Shown piece by piece: positions 1-13,272 of a DNA stretch of 64,000 nucleotides (position 1 is the stretch's first letter; the number at the start of each line of letters is the position of its first letter). The position numbers were made by a program, and so were the translations under genes. Source of the stretch: Octopus vulgaris (taxonomy: Eukaryota); NCBI GenBank assembly GCA_951406725.2, contig OX597833.1:55056001-55120000 (forward strand), written 5' to 3'. Under the pieces are notes generated by a model, which had not been told where the DNA came from, did no database searches, and was given only the letters and a program-made list of their open reading frames with translations.

Positions 1-102
1 GTCTCATCAACTGCTTGTGTACGAAGGTGTGAATACCATGGCTGCATCATTCCTGCGAGAGAAGCTGCACCTCCCCCTCCCTTAGGCATTGGACAGCATT
101 AA
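1..102 (+). CDS. Possible 3' end of a coding exon running off the window start; frame unresolved
   Basis: GC-richer unique sequence that switches to AT/T-rich UTR-like DNA after ~100. Frame 1 reads VSSTACVRRCEYHGCIIPAREAAPPPPLGIGQH* and frame 2 reads SHQLLVYEGVNTMAASFLREKLHLPLP*. No recognisable motif. Confidence 0.3.
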   Translation, partial: VSSTACVRRCEYHGCIIPAREAAPPPPLGIGQH

Positions 103-894
103 ATTGACATAATGATAAAATAATATCAGAAAAAATCCTATAATTAATGGTGGGATATGTCAACAGAAGAGGAAGAATAAGTTATATGGTAAAAGACTTA
201 GAATTGGTTATTCTATATTTTTGGTATTGCCTGACATTTTCTTTTTTTTTTTTTTTTTTTTCCCCCGTTACAGTTTAGCTGTAGAGAGCGAAAGGAGAAT
301 GAATTTTATTTTTTCCTTCATGAAGTATGAAGACACTGAATGTGATAGATGTCGTTCATCTCTGCAAATCAATATTACGCTTTAGAAGAACCTTATTGCA
401 CATTGTCATACTTTATGTAAAACTGTGAAGGCCATTGTAACACTGCATTACTATTTTTGGTTTAAGGTGGTTTAAAAAAATTTTTTTTTTCATGATCCTC
501 TTTTACTCGTTTACTTGTGTCGTTCATTTGACTGCAGCCAAGCTGGAGCACCGGCTTTAGTCGAACAAATTGACCCCCAGAACTTATTCGTTGTAAGTCT
601 AGTATCATTCAATCGGTCTCTGGTGAAAAGTAATTGGAGTGGGGCAATTTACTGATGTATTTTGAATGTAGAATCTCTGCATGCTTGTAGGAATTTGAAG
701 AGATTGTAATTATTGTAATGAAAGTAAAAAGTACAAATTTGTTGACCTTTACAAAATCCTTTGAATGGAAGAAATAATGGTATATTTTGAAATCCTCTTT
801 CTTATGTGAGCTGTGCAGTTTCTAGCTCTGAGATAGGAAATGTATGTGAAAACCCCTACATGTGCTCAACTGTATTCAACCATCAAATTTATAT

Positions 895-1557
895 TTATTT
901 ATTGCCCACAAGGGGCTAAACATAGAGGGGACAAGCAAGGACAAACAAAGGGATTAAGTCTATTACATCGACCCCAGTGCGTAACTGGTACTTAATTTAT
1001 CGACCCTGAAAGGATGAAAGGCAAAGTTGACCTCGGCGAAATTTGAACTCAGAACGTAACTGCAGACAAAATACTTATTTCTTTACTACCCACAAGGGGC
1101 TAAACACAGAGAGGACAAACAAGGACAGACAAACGGATTAAGTCGATTATATCGACCCCAATGCGTAACTGGTACTTATTTAATCGACCCCAAAAGGATG
1201 AAAGGCAAAGTTGACCTCGGCGGAATTTGAACTCAGAACGTAGGAGCAGACGACATACCGTTAAGTATTTTGACCAGCGTGTTAATGTTTTGCCAGCTTG
1301 CCACCTTAAAAACACAGAAATATATCTATTTCCTTATTGCCCACAGGGGACTAAACATAGAGGGGACATACAAGGACAGACAAAGGGATTAAGTCGATTA
1401 CATCGACTTCAGTGCATAACTGGTACTTAATTTATTGACCCCAAAAGGATGATAGGCAAAGTCGACCTCGGCAGAATTTGAACTCAGAACATAACGGCTG
1501 ACGAAATACGGCTACGCATTTCGCTCGGCTTGCTAACATTTCTGCCAGCTTGCCGCT
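895..1557 (-). mobile_element. Cluster of tRNA-derived SINE family B (OR-type): a dimeric copy (895-1305) plus a monomer (1325-1557)
   Basis: Reverse complement of the consensus ggcggcgagctggcagaaacgttagc...gagttcaaattccgccgaggtcgactttgcctttcatcctttcggggtcga...tttagccccttgtggg..aaagaaat, with B-box GAGTTCAAATT. More than 10 copies in the window. Confidence 0.9.
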
Positions 1558-2098
1558 TCGTATATTTGTACCTCAGTGTCACTTTGATAGTGTGTGCTAC
1601 TTTCAATAATAAACAATAATGATAATTTTATTTTAAAAAAAAAAAAAAACAAGTCCTAAAGAACCGAAAGTAATGTTCTTTGTCTCGAGGTATAAATGGC
1701 AATTTCAGTGTCAGAAGTGAAATTCTTTTGGGTCAGTAACACATTAACTACATCACTCAATCATTTTCAATGTTGAACTTTCTGGTTCTTTGATTGTATC
1801 GGATAAATTCTTCTGACGAGTAAATAATTAAGCCATTAATTGCAGTCAATTTCTTACACAGTACCTTTGCTAATTAGTTCATACTTTGGATTCATTAGTG
1901 TAATAATATATCTTTGATGTCCTAATAAGAATAGCATTATATATGACTCAGGCACTAAACAAAGGTTGTTTGTTGGGCCAAGCTATTTTGGGATTGTTAT
2001 TTCTTGCTTATTCTCTGCAGTTTTATTTATTCTAAACTATTCAAACTGTTGAGATATTGATGCAAAATTTTAGGCTATAAATATCTCACTCCCCACCA

Positions 2099-2226
2099 CC
2101 TCTCTCTCTCTCTCTCTCTCTCTACATATATATGTATGTATATATATATATGTATGTATGTATATGTATGTATGTATGTATATATGCATGTATATATATA
2201 TGTATGTATATATGTATGTATGTATG

Positions 2227-2257
<31 letters not shown>

Positions 2258-2298
2258 GCATGTATATATATGTATGTATATGTATGTATATATATATG

Positions 2299-2336
<38 letters not shown>

Positions 2337-2390
2337 TGTATGTATGTCTATATATGTATATATGTATGTATATGTATATATATATGTATG

Positions 2391-2457
<67 letters not shown>

Positions 2458-2458
2458 T
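2099..2458. repeat. Compound (CT)n/(TATG)n/(TA)n/(TG)n microsatellite
   Basis: Directly visible. Confidence 0.97.
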
Positions 2459-2799
2459 TGTGTTCAAGGTTGTGAAATGTGCTTGCAGATAAGAGCGAAT
2501 CAGGAGTAAATATAGTTAGTTTTGTTTACATCTAATTCGTTGTCTGCATATGGTTATGTAGCTATTGAAATACAAGAGTTTGCACTTCCATGATAAGATG
2601 GGTTTTAGCCATTTTTTAAAGACAACACTGCTGAGAACTTTACTTAGGGCTTCATTAGCAAGCAAATTCATATGAAAATACTGCTTACGATGCATTGAAT
2701 CAGATCTTTTGTTGAACAGGGCTTAGTTATATAACAGAAGCGTTTTTGCAACTATTTCTTTGGAAAAAATTCCTGTCAAGAGTTCTGGACGAACTTACC

Positions 2800-3015
2800 T
2801 TAACCCTTTAGTATTTAAACCAGCCATATCCTGCCAAAATAGCTAATCTGTTTTATGTTCAAACTGACCAGATCCAGGCTCTCACACCTACCTTACAATG
2901 TTATTCTACATTAAGTAATTACACCATCAAGATCTTGAAGATATGAGATAATGCATGATTAATTCAAATCAATGGGAATCAATAAACATTATGTTTGATA
3001 GAATAATCTGAACAC
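2800..3015. mobile_element. piggyBac-type MITE family P2 (TTAA-CCCTTTAG...), right end lost
   Basis: Starts ttaaccctttagtatttaaaccagccatatcc. Homologous to complete copies ending cactaaagggttaa (6100-6294, 59578-59806). Confidence 0.8.
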
Positions 3016-3220
3016 TGCATGTCTGTGTTTGTCCCCCTAGCATTGCTTGACAACCGATGCTGGTGTGTTTATGTCCCCGTTACTTAGCGGTTCGGCAAAA
3101 GAGACCGATAGAATAAGTACTGGGCTTACAAAGAATAAGTCCCGGGGTCGATTTGTTCGACTAAAGGCGGTGCTACAGCATGGCCGCAGTCGAATGACTG
3201 AAACAAGTAAAAGAGACTTT

Positions 3221-3402
3221 TGATGATGATGATGATGATGATGACGATGATGATGACGATGATGATGATGATGACGATGATGATGACGATGATGATGATG
3301 ACGACAATGATGATGATGATGACGATGATGATGATGATGACGATGATGATGACGATGATGATGATGATGACGATGATGATGACGATGATGATGATGACGA
3401 CA

Positions 3403-3439
<37 letters not shown>

Positions 3440-3470
3440 CGATGATGATGACGATGATGATGATGATGAC
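3221..3470. repeat. (GAT)n/(GAC) trinucleotide repeat
   Basis: Directly visible; source of the poly-S and poly-M ORFs. Confidence 0.97.
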
Positions 3471-3892
3471 AGCAACACCGACGATAATAATAAAAAAAAA
3501 AGTGATATTTCGGTCAGAATTGCTTCTCTTTTATGTGTTTAGAATGACAAGAGAATAAAACATAAAAATATACCCCAAGATGGAATTTTTTTTTTTTCTG
3601 TTTTTTTTTTTTTTGTTTTGAAAGAAAATTAAAATTATCAATAGACACAAGCCTCATAATGTTCACGCCTCGTATAGAAAGTTAGGAAAATTCAAACTTT
3701 TAGACATGTATTGTATGATTATATAGAAAAAAAGGAGAACATTTACACCCCGACACAGACACAAAAAACAAAAAAAAAAAACATTGTATAAGCTAAGTCA
3801 TTTCTGCTGAGCAAAACAAAAACAAAAACAAATGTTACCACATATTTGACACCCAGGCAACACCAGGTACTGCTGCTAGTTTGTGTATCTGT

Positions 3893-3937
<45 letters not shown>

Positions 3938-4655
3938 CATACACACACACACACATATATATACATTATATATATAATGTCTGTGTGTATATATGCGTAT
4001 ATATGTATGTATATGTGTGTATGTATATATGTATGTATGTGTGTCTGTCTAAGTTTATGTATATATATATGTCTATATATCTATGTGTGCGTATATGTGT
4101 ATATATATGTGTGTGTGTCTCAGTGTATGTATGTATGTGTATATATATGTATGTATGCATGTATGTGTGTATGTGTATATATATATATATTTATATATAC
4201 AGACATGCATATACATGCATGTATGTGTGTATATACATATATATATATATATGAATATATATACACACACATATACACATAAATTGTGGAAATAGTTCAA
4301 CGAATCAACTGATTATATTGTTTGTTCGCCCCTTCCCCCCGTCAGTACCTACACACACACATATGTTCACAACTAAACGATGACGATGACAATAACAGCA
4401 AGAACAATGACGGTGAAATTGCAGTTTATCTATTTTACACCTTTGCAAAAAAAGAAAGGAAAAAAAAAGATTTAAAAAAAAAACATAACATATTGATTAT
4501 CTGCAGCAGGTGGGGATTGGGGTGGGGTGGGGGGAAAGGACAAAAAAATAATCCCAAAACAAACAATAAAAGCAAAAATTCAAAATCACATTGTTCTATG
4601 AAAAAGTGAAAAGAATTCTGGGAATTCACGACTCGCTATTATATACATACATACG

Positions 4656-4702
<47 letters not shown>

Positions 4703-4843
4703 ATATATATACATGTATATATATGTATATATATATATATATACATGTATATATATGTATATATATATATGTATATATATTTATATATACATATATATAT
4801 GTAAATATATACATGTATATATACATATATATATATATATATG

Positions 4844-4875
<32 letters not shown>

Positions 4876-4876
4876 C

Positions 4877-4937
<61 letters not shown>

Positions 4938-4946
4938 TGTATATAT

Positions 4947-5025
<79 letters not shown>

Positions 5026-5688
5026 CATATATATATACATACACATATATATATATATATATACATACATGTATATATATATATATACATACATATATAT
5101 ATATATATATACATACATATATATATATGTATGTATACATATATATATACAAGAGGCAATTTATTAAATACCAACTGTCACACACAAAATGAGATGCTGG
5201 TGTTCCATATTTGCATCAACAATTGACTTCTATAGCTTTTCTGTCAATATTGACAGCTACATCCTCTCCATCACAGAACTAACTGCCATATATCCGATAT
5301 TCATTGCTATTGATTTTGTTTGTTTGTTTTATTTTTAATTTACTCATTTTTTTTTAAACAGTCCTCTGTTGTCTTTTGTTTTGTTTTTGTTTGTATTTTT
5401 TTTTTTTTTTGCAGTAGCTGCATGTTTTTTTGTTTTTTTTTTGAGGTATGCAGTTTTTCAGAAATTAGCTTTGGAATATTGTTCTGTATTTCATAAAAGG
5501 CTGTTGTTATGTTGTATAAACTGCCACTTTTTTTTTTTTTTTGTTATTGTTGACTTAGTTGTTTTTTGTTTGTTTATGTGTGTGTGTGTGTGTAGGGGTA
5601 GGTAGAGTTAAGGTAAGATCTGGAAAAACGCTGTGTTATCAGTTGATTTGATAAACTATATCAGTAGTGATGTATATAATATAATACA

Positions 5689-5731
<43 letters not shown>

Positions 5732-5870
5732 GTATATATGTATGTATGTATATATATATATGTATGTATGTATATATATATGTGTGTGTTTGTGTATGTA
5801 TTTATATGTATGCATACATGCATTTGTGTGTGTGTATACATACATGTATATATATCTACATATATATATT
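3893..5870. repeat. Blocks of (CA)n/(TA)n/(TATG)n microsatellite at 3893-4280, 4640-5150 and 5690-5870
   Basis: Directly visible. Confidence 0.95.
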
Positions 5871-6339
5871 CATGTCTGGTATGATACACTGTGCAAATAG
5901 AGCTCACTTTTCAAGAATAATTTACAGCTAAATAATTGAATATGAAGTATGGCGTGTGTGTGTGTGCACATGTGCATGCGTGTGTGTATAACATGCAGTA
6001 TATATATAAATAATGAATACACAGGTACATGCAGGTATGCATGTATATACAGGTGTGAAAGTACATGATCGTTCAGACTGAATATTCTCTCCAATAAATT
6101 CAACCCTTTGGCATTTAAACTGACCGTGTCCAGCCAAAACATTCATGTCTGTCTTCTTGCACCAGCCCTACAATATCATTCTGAAAAATTAAGTCACCTC
6201 ATCGAAATCTCGTAGTTACAAATTAAAGCCTGATTTATTCAAAGCAATGTGAATAGAAAAGCATTACTTTTGACGTATGAACACTAAAGGGTTAAAACTG
6301 CTGCTGTTGTTGTTGTTGTTGTTGTTAAGCAACAAGACG

Positions 6340-6600
6340 GGTAAGGGTGATTAGGTGATGGTCTAGGGCTTAGGGGCGGGAGAGCCCAGACCTTGGGGAA
6401 AAACTAACAAACTTTGGTCGTCTTGTTGTAGTCGAGGGCTCTTCATTGACGCTCGACACCACTGGGAGGTGGCCCTTGAAGTTGCTGGAAATGGAGATCT
6501 CCAGGTCCAAATTCTTGAACGGCTGCTGCTGCTGCCTCTGCTACTCCTACTTCCACTGCTACTCTTAGCAAACCTTTGAGAAAAGGTATCCCATTCATGC
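6340..6600 (-). CDS. GC-rich unique island, possible coding or terminal exon; frame uncertain
   Basis: Unique, CpG-containing. One minus frame is GC3-rich and reads QRQQQQPFKNLDLEISISSNFKGHLPVVSSVNEEPSTTTRRPKFVSFSPRSGLSRP*. No convincing splice acceptor. Confidence 0.25.
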
Positions 6601-6886
6601 CTATACGTTAATTTTAGTGGTATATATCATTGCTATTATGGAAATCTGTCGTAAGTCCAAAACTGTTGCTTTTTCAGAAAATGGAAAAATAGTTTCACCA
6701 TTCCATTTCCTTTTACATTAGCAATAATACTTTGTTGGGTGTATAAGATCATAACTCCATGCATGTATGGTATTTTCATCAGAAATAGTTTTGCGAAATT
6801 GTTGTATATGGGACTTACTATACTTTTGAAAAATGCTAAACCATTGTACAACACTTTGATAATTTTCATATCTTGGCATCTGAAGC

Positions 6887-7110
6887 AGATTCCAAGATAC
6901 GATAGTTTAACCAAAAAGGTACGATAGTTTAAATCCCTATTTTTTTAAACGATTTTTTGATTGCTGTGTCGCCATTTTCGATGTATTTTAACCAGAAAAA
7001 TGTTCACTTAAAGAGAATAACAAGCTACATAATGCAAAATTTTTACTTTTCAAAAATTCCAATTCTAAAGGGTTGAAACAAACCCGAGCAACGCTGGGCA
7101 ATACTGCTAG
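6887..7110 (+). mobile_element. Non-autonomous Helitron, 3' portion
   Basis: Ends aaacccgagcaacgctgggcaatactgCTAG|t: subterminal GC hairpin plus CTAG, the same terminus as 52174 and 57216. Confidence 0.7.
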
Positions 7111-8331
7111 TTCATTATAAATATTAACCTTACTCGTTAATTTAACCCCAAATATTAATGGAAAACATTTGTTATACCCCTGCTTGAAATTTGGTGGCAT
7201 TGGGTATGCTACCACACCCAATACAACAACCACCATACGCCACTGGTTGGAACGTGTCCACAAATCTCCTCTTTGGTCTTGTGCTCATACCACAAAATGT
7301 TTTGGTTCCTCATGGGAAAGAAACCTGGTATACATACCATCAAGGTGACCTCGAAGCTCCTTGTTTTCTTGCAAGCTTTTGGCTCCATAGAGAAATCATT
7401 TTGATAAACTGTAGAAATTACCTCAAGAAAACCAGCCTGCTTATTCTTCATTTTACTTGTGAAGCACCTTTTCACCGCCTTCTCTTTTAGCTGTAGTCGT
7501 AGCAACAATATCAAACATACATGCAAACCACTCACCTCTTTTCCTTTACCCCTGTCAACCATCACTGTCACCACTGCTGCCACTACAACTATTTCTGCTT
7601 CAGCAATGAAAATATTTTGAAAATGCCACTTCAAAAAACCTGTGCAGCTGAAGTATTTTTAAAGAACCCTTCTAGACAACACTAGAAGTAGGGAGACATT
7701 TGGATGTTTGTCAGACGCATTTCACTTCCAAGAGTTGCTGCATAAGTTTTCCTATTTTCCTTTTTGTTTTTGTTTTTGTATTTCTCGCTAATCCAGAATA
7801 TAAGATGCCAGTCCTCAAGTATACTACACATGCACACAAACACACATTCTCTCTCTCTCTCTCATTTGGCTGTACCAAATAAGAGAGGAAAAAAATCCCC
7901 GTGCATATGGAGTTCGTTTGAAGCTGATTATTCATTCCATTACTACTCTGGGCTTTTCTCACTTATGCGAATTTCTTCAGATGGCAAAGCCCAAATAAAA
8001 CACATTCCCTCTTCCGAAATCGTTTTATATAATCTCTTAGCAGGTATTTGAAACTCTGTATTAGAAGAGAGTTGTTGAAAATGGATAAGAGTGACTAAGG
8101 GTCAATAACATTTTAGGGACCTACAGAGTACACATAATTAGCCATATATAACTGAATGCCATCAGAGTACAGGAATAACTGCCAATATCAGAAACGTTTT
8201 CCTGGATCATGAAGGCACAGATATAGCAAGGAACTGAATTGGGATTGGAGAAAAATTATGAATATTTTCTTCTGTTGCTATCATGTCTTCATCATAAAGG
8301 GAAGCCACCAGATTATAAAATATATACATAT

Positions 8332-8660
8332 ACATGGCTCAGTGGTTAGAGCGTCGAGCTTACGATCGTGAGGTTGTGAGCTCGAATCCCGGACCGGGCT
8401 GCGTGTTGTGTTCTTGAGCAAGACACTTTATTTCACGTTGCTCCAGTTCACTCAGCTGTAGAAATGAGTTGCGACGTCACTGGTGCCAGGCTGTATCGAC
8501 CTTTGTCTTTCCCTTGGATAACACTGGTGGCGTGGAGAGGGGAGGCTGGTATGCATGGGCGACTGCTGGTCTTCCATAAACAACCTTGCCCGGACTTGTG
8601 TCTAGGAGGGTAACTTTCTAGGTGCAATCCCATGGTCATTCATGACCGAAGGGGGTCTTT
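8332..8660 (+). mobile_element. tRNA-derived SINE family D with Meta-like central domain
   Basis: A-box tggctcagtggttagag, B-box-like gagctcgaatcc, core gtgttgtgttcttgagcaagacactttatttcacgttgctccagttcactcagctgtagaaatgagt. A second copy lies on the minus strand at ~21818-22150. Confidence 0.8.
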
Positions 8661-8683
8661 ATATATATATATATATATATTAC

Positions 8684-8992
<309 letters not shown>

Positions 8993-9752
8993 TACACACA
9001 TGTGTATGTTTGTGTTAATCATTTATTCCATCACCACGTGACAGCCAGTGTTGGTTTGTTTATGTCCTTGTAACTTACCGGTCCAGCCTACGAAACTTGG
9101 AATAAGTATCAGGCTTAGAAAACAAAAAAGGCCAGCACTGATGTCAATTTAAAAAATTTTTTTTTTTAATAGCTACTTCATGCCAGTGCCCCAGCTTGGC
9201 CACAGTCTAATGACTGAAACAAAATATAAAAGATCTGCATGTTATTAAGTTCTATTTGTTCTGCCAAACACACACACACTTCATCCTCTTTCTCTTTTAC
9301 GCCTGCATCTTGCTCTCTCTCTCTCTCTCTCTCTTTTCCTCCCACCACCCACATACCCTTAATCTCCCCCCCCTCTCTTTGTTTCTTCTTTGTCTGGTGT
9401 CTAAAGTTATGTCTGCCTCTCATAAGCTACATTGTTTCCGTTGTCTCTCCGCATGTCTAGTTATACATGTTAATGTTGTTGTTGTTGTTGTTGTTGTTGC
9501 TGCTGTTGCTGCTGCTGCTGTCGTCGTCGTCCCTCACCGTCCTTCCTCATTGCCCACCTGTCACATGTCTAGCCTTAGGTCACTAGCCAACAAACTACAG
9601 CAGATCTCCACACTAGTAAAGTGCAGAAGTAGGTAGGGACACACACACACACACATCTACTATGAGGTAAGCTTAGGGTTAGCCTAGGGACCACATGATG
9701 GTAGTGGCAGTGGTAGTGGAGGTTAATAGTGTAGAAAAAAATAAAAATACAA

Positions 9753-9776
9753 GGTGGTGGTGGTGGCGGTGACGAC

Positions 9777-9828
<52 letters not shown>

Positions 9829-9900
9829 GTAGTGGTGGTGGTGGTGGTGGTGGTGGTGGTAGTGGTGGTGGTGGTAGTGGTGGTGGTGGTGATGATGATG
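9753..9900. repeat. (GAT)n/(GGT)n repeat
   Basis: Directly visible. Confidence 0.95.
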
Positions 9901-10286
9901 TGTATATGCACCATTAGTCATTCATTAGTTACTGCTACTTGTTTTGGTTTTCATTATATATTTATTTCTAGATTACATTTTAATTATTTTTCCATGCATC
10001 GAAAATGTCTATATAAGGCAGACAAAGATTTAGAAGAACCATTAGGTTAAAAAAAGTGTTGGATTTCAGTCTGCCTGCCTGCCTGTCTGTCTGTTTCATT
10101 TACTGTTTGATTTATTTAAAAAAAATTTTTTTTATCATATATAGGCGTAGGTGTGGCTGTGTAGTAAGAAGCTTCCTTCCCAAGCACAGGGTTCCGGGTT
10201 CAGTCCCACTGTGTGGCATCTTGGGCAAGTGTGTTCTGCTATACATACATACATACATACATACATACATACATACATACATACAT

Positions 10287-10409
<123 letters not shown>

Positions 10410-10420
10410 TACATACATAC

Positions 10421-10735
10421 ATTATTATTATTATTATTATGGCTGCCCCTCATTATCGACTTTTAGCCCAGCTAAAGATCTACAATGTTTTGTACAGAAT
10501 TGGCAACTAAAACCTTTACCGGTAATAGCCGACTGTAGTTGTAACTGGGCTTCATGTACCTTTGCATGTCGTTTAAGTCCTCCTGCCGAATTACACTCTC
10601 TTCCACATGTCCGACAGATATGATTAGTATGGTGTATAAACACCACCACCAGTGGCCAGGTTGTCACTCATCTGTCTCGCTTTATGACTACGAAGATGAC
10701 TCTGGAGTCCAGCTTTACCGAGGCAGGGTCTTGCA
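10421..10735 (-). mobile_element. 5'-truncated RTE-clade LINE 3' end encoding C2H2 zinc fingers, copy 1 (internal ~55-bp deletion)
   Basis: Minus strand reads VCARPCLGKAGLQSHLRSH / HICRTCGRECNSAGGLKRHAKVH / FSCQFCTKHCRSLAG.., then a short 3'UTR (gataatgaggggcagcc) and a (TAA)n tail. Confidence 0.7.
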
Positions 10736-10772
10736 CATACATACATACATACATACATACATACATACATAC

Positions 10773-11134
10773 ATTATTATTATTATGGCTGCCCCTCATT
10801 ATCGAGTATGGCCATTGCACGAAGCTTAACTGTCATTGGGGCTGTGATCGAATGTGACTTTTTTGCCCAGCTAAAGATCTACAATGTTTTGTACAGAATT
10901 GGCAACTAAAACCTTTACCGGTAATAGCCGGCTGTAGTTGTAACTGGGCTTCATGTACCTTTGCATGTCGTTTAAGTCCTCCTGCCGAATTACACTCTCT
11001 TCCACATGTCCGACAGATATGATTAGTATGGTGTATAAACACCACCACCAGTGGCCAGGTTGTCACTCATCTGTCTCGCTTTATGACTACGAAGATGACT
11101 CTGGAGTCCAGCTTTACCGAGGCAGGGTCTTGCA
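10773..11134 (-). mobile_element. 5'-truncated RTE-clade LINE 3' end encoding three C2H2 zinc fingers, copy 2
   Basis: Near-identical to copy 1 at a 399-bp offset. Third finger reads FSCQFCTKHCRSLAGQKSHIRSQ, followed by a stop, 3'UTR gcaatggccatactcgataatgaggggcagcc and (TAA)n. Confidence 0.7.
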
Positions 11135-11447
11135 CATACATACATACATACATACATACATACATACATACATACATACATACATACTCATGCATACATA
11201 CATACATACATACTCAACTGGCAGCCTTCCACATAGTTTCCGTGTAACAAATTCCTTTCACATGGCATTGGTCAGCTCAAAGCATCAGTAGAATATGCTT
11301 GCCCCAAGAAGTGCTGTATGATGGAACCAGGCCTTGAACACCCAGTTCCGTGGTTGTGAAGTGAGCCTCTTAACCGCCAAAGCCTTGCCTGCACTTTGCC
11401 ATCCTGCTCTTGCTACCATTGCGATTATTCTGGCTTGCTGCTGCTGT

Positions 11448-11489
<42 letters not shown>

Positions 11490-11509
11490 CGCCACCACCA
11501 CCACCACCT

Positions 11510-11923
11510 ATTTCTTTATTACCCATAAGGGGTTAAACACAGAAGGGACAAACAAGGACAGACAAACAGATTAAGTTGATTATATCGACCCCAGTGCGTA
11601 GCTGGTACTTATTTAATCGACCCCGAAAGGATGAAAGTCAAAGTCGACCTCGGCGGAATTTGAACTCAGAACGTAGCGGCTGATGAAATACCCATTTCTC
11701 TATTACCCACAATGGGCTAAACATAGAAGGGACAAACAAGGACAGACATAGGTATTAAGTCGATTGCATCGACCCCAGTGCGTAACTGGTACTTAATTTA
11801 TCGACCCCGAAAGGATGAAAGGCAAAGTCGACCTTGGCGGAATTTGAACTCAGAACGTAGCGGCAGATGAAATACTGCTAAGCATTTCGCCCGGCATGCT
11901 AACTTTTCTGCCAGCTCACCGCC
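11510..11923 (-). mobile_element. SINE family B, dimeric copy
   Basis: Head plus two tandem 3' bodies; same consensus as 895-1305. Confidence 0.9.
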
Positions 11924-12852
11924 TTTACTACTACTACTACCACCACCACCACCATCCACCCCTGTGCGCACACACTTGAATGCAACTGATTTTATAGCTG
12001 TGTCATTAAATGCTTCCTCAATAAACTGAACACTTACGTTTCCCCCCCTCACATTCCATTGTCCTTCTACCGTTTTATTGTTTCGGAGTCACCAAAAAAC
12101 ATTTGTAGTGCTTACACACACATACATATATCTATATATATATAATCCTTTGGTGGGAACTAGTCTTTCTTCTGCCTTTGATTGTGCTTGTAAACTATCT
12201 GTTATGTATGTGCATGCAAATGAGCACGATAATTTGTGCGTAAGACTCCTTGTTTGTGTATATGTGTGGAAAAAATTACATTTTTTTTCTTCTTTTTATG
12301 CACAACGTCTCTGGGAACTACTTTTTGTATATACAAACAATGAAACAACTAGCTTCTGTTATACAAAAACAATAAAAGAAAAAAACCAGTCACACATAAA
12401 ATCATTTCCTATGTGTCTTAATTATTTTGTTCATTAAACAGCATAACGTTTAATAGCTCGATCTGTTATTTCAGATTTGAAAGCTAACAAACATTAATAA
12501 ATTTATTAGTTTATATTGTGAATTCTGTTGATGTATTAACCCTTTTGTTACTATATCTCTGCAGAAATATGCTGCCTTTGTTTGGTTTAACTTTGAAAAT
12601 AATGAAGAATTATGTAAAATAAACTTGTCATTATGAAGCTGGTGTTTGGAACATAAACTAGCATGAAATTTTGGTGCTAAGGTTATAACTTAAAACAGTG
12701 GTTTTTCAACCATTTTTTTTTTTGCTATGGACCCCGCTTTAATTCTTATTTCACTCAGGGTGGAACCCGCATGACCCACCGACGTCTAAAATCCCCTATT
12801 ATATTTTTATGGTTAAGTATTTTTTGGAATTGTATAAAAAAATTGTTTGCTC

Positions 12853-13077
12853 TTTTTACTTTTACTTGTTTCAGTCATGGGACTGTGGCCATGCTGGAGC
12901 ACCACCTTTAGTCGAGCGAATTGACCCCGGTACTTATTCTTTGTAAGCCTAGTACTTATACTATCGGTCTCTTTTGCCGAACCACTAAGTTACGAGGACG
13001 TAAACACACCACCATCAGCTGTCAAGCGATGTTGGGGGGACAAATACAGACACACAAACATATATACACACATACAT

Positions 13078-13118
<41 letters not shown>

Positions 13119-13272
13119 GCTTCTTTCAGTTTCCGTCTACCAAATCCACTCACAAGGTTTTGGTCAGCCTGAGGCTATAGTAGAAGACACTTGCCCAAGG
13201 TACCACACAGTGGGACTGAACCTAGAGTCATGTGGTTGGGAAGCAAGCTTCTTACCACACAGCCACACCTAC
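12853..13272 (-). mobile_element. tRNA-derived SINE family A (~420 bp, OK-type), full length
   Basis: Reverse complement of gg.gtagg.gtggctgtgtggtaag...ggttcagtcccactg...(TA/TG)n...ggtgctccagcatggcc.cagtc.aatgactgaaacaagtaaaa. Confidence 0.9.

Noticed and set aside
2070-5931. Long ORFs of YI/MYV/HT, poly-S and poly-M composition (also at 33400-35119, 45899-47531 and 62405-63470)
   Set aside because: These are translations of stop-free microsatellites, not genes.
7945-7985. CTGAAGA...GAAA candidates on the minus strand (also ~14790-14815 and ~28325-28350)
   Set aside because: Core words are present but the stems and cleavage triplet are absent; expected by chance in AT-rich DNA.
8332-8405. 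tRNA gene (also 32868-32945 and the SINE A/B heads)
   Set aside because: The A/B boxes are the tRNA-derived heads of SINEs continuing into shared bodies; no complete cloverleaf.
9672-9690. Telomeric TTAGGG seed
   Set aside because: Fewer than two perfect units.
10833-11066. Cellular C2H2 zinc-finger gene
   Set aside because: Frameshift between fingers, no TGEKP-type linkers, short 3'UTR with a (TAA)n tail and 5' truncation in a microsatellite all point to a LINE 3' end.
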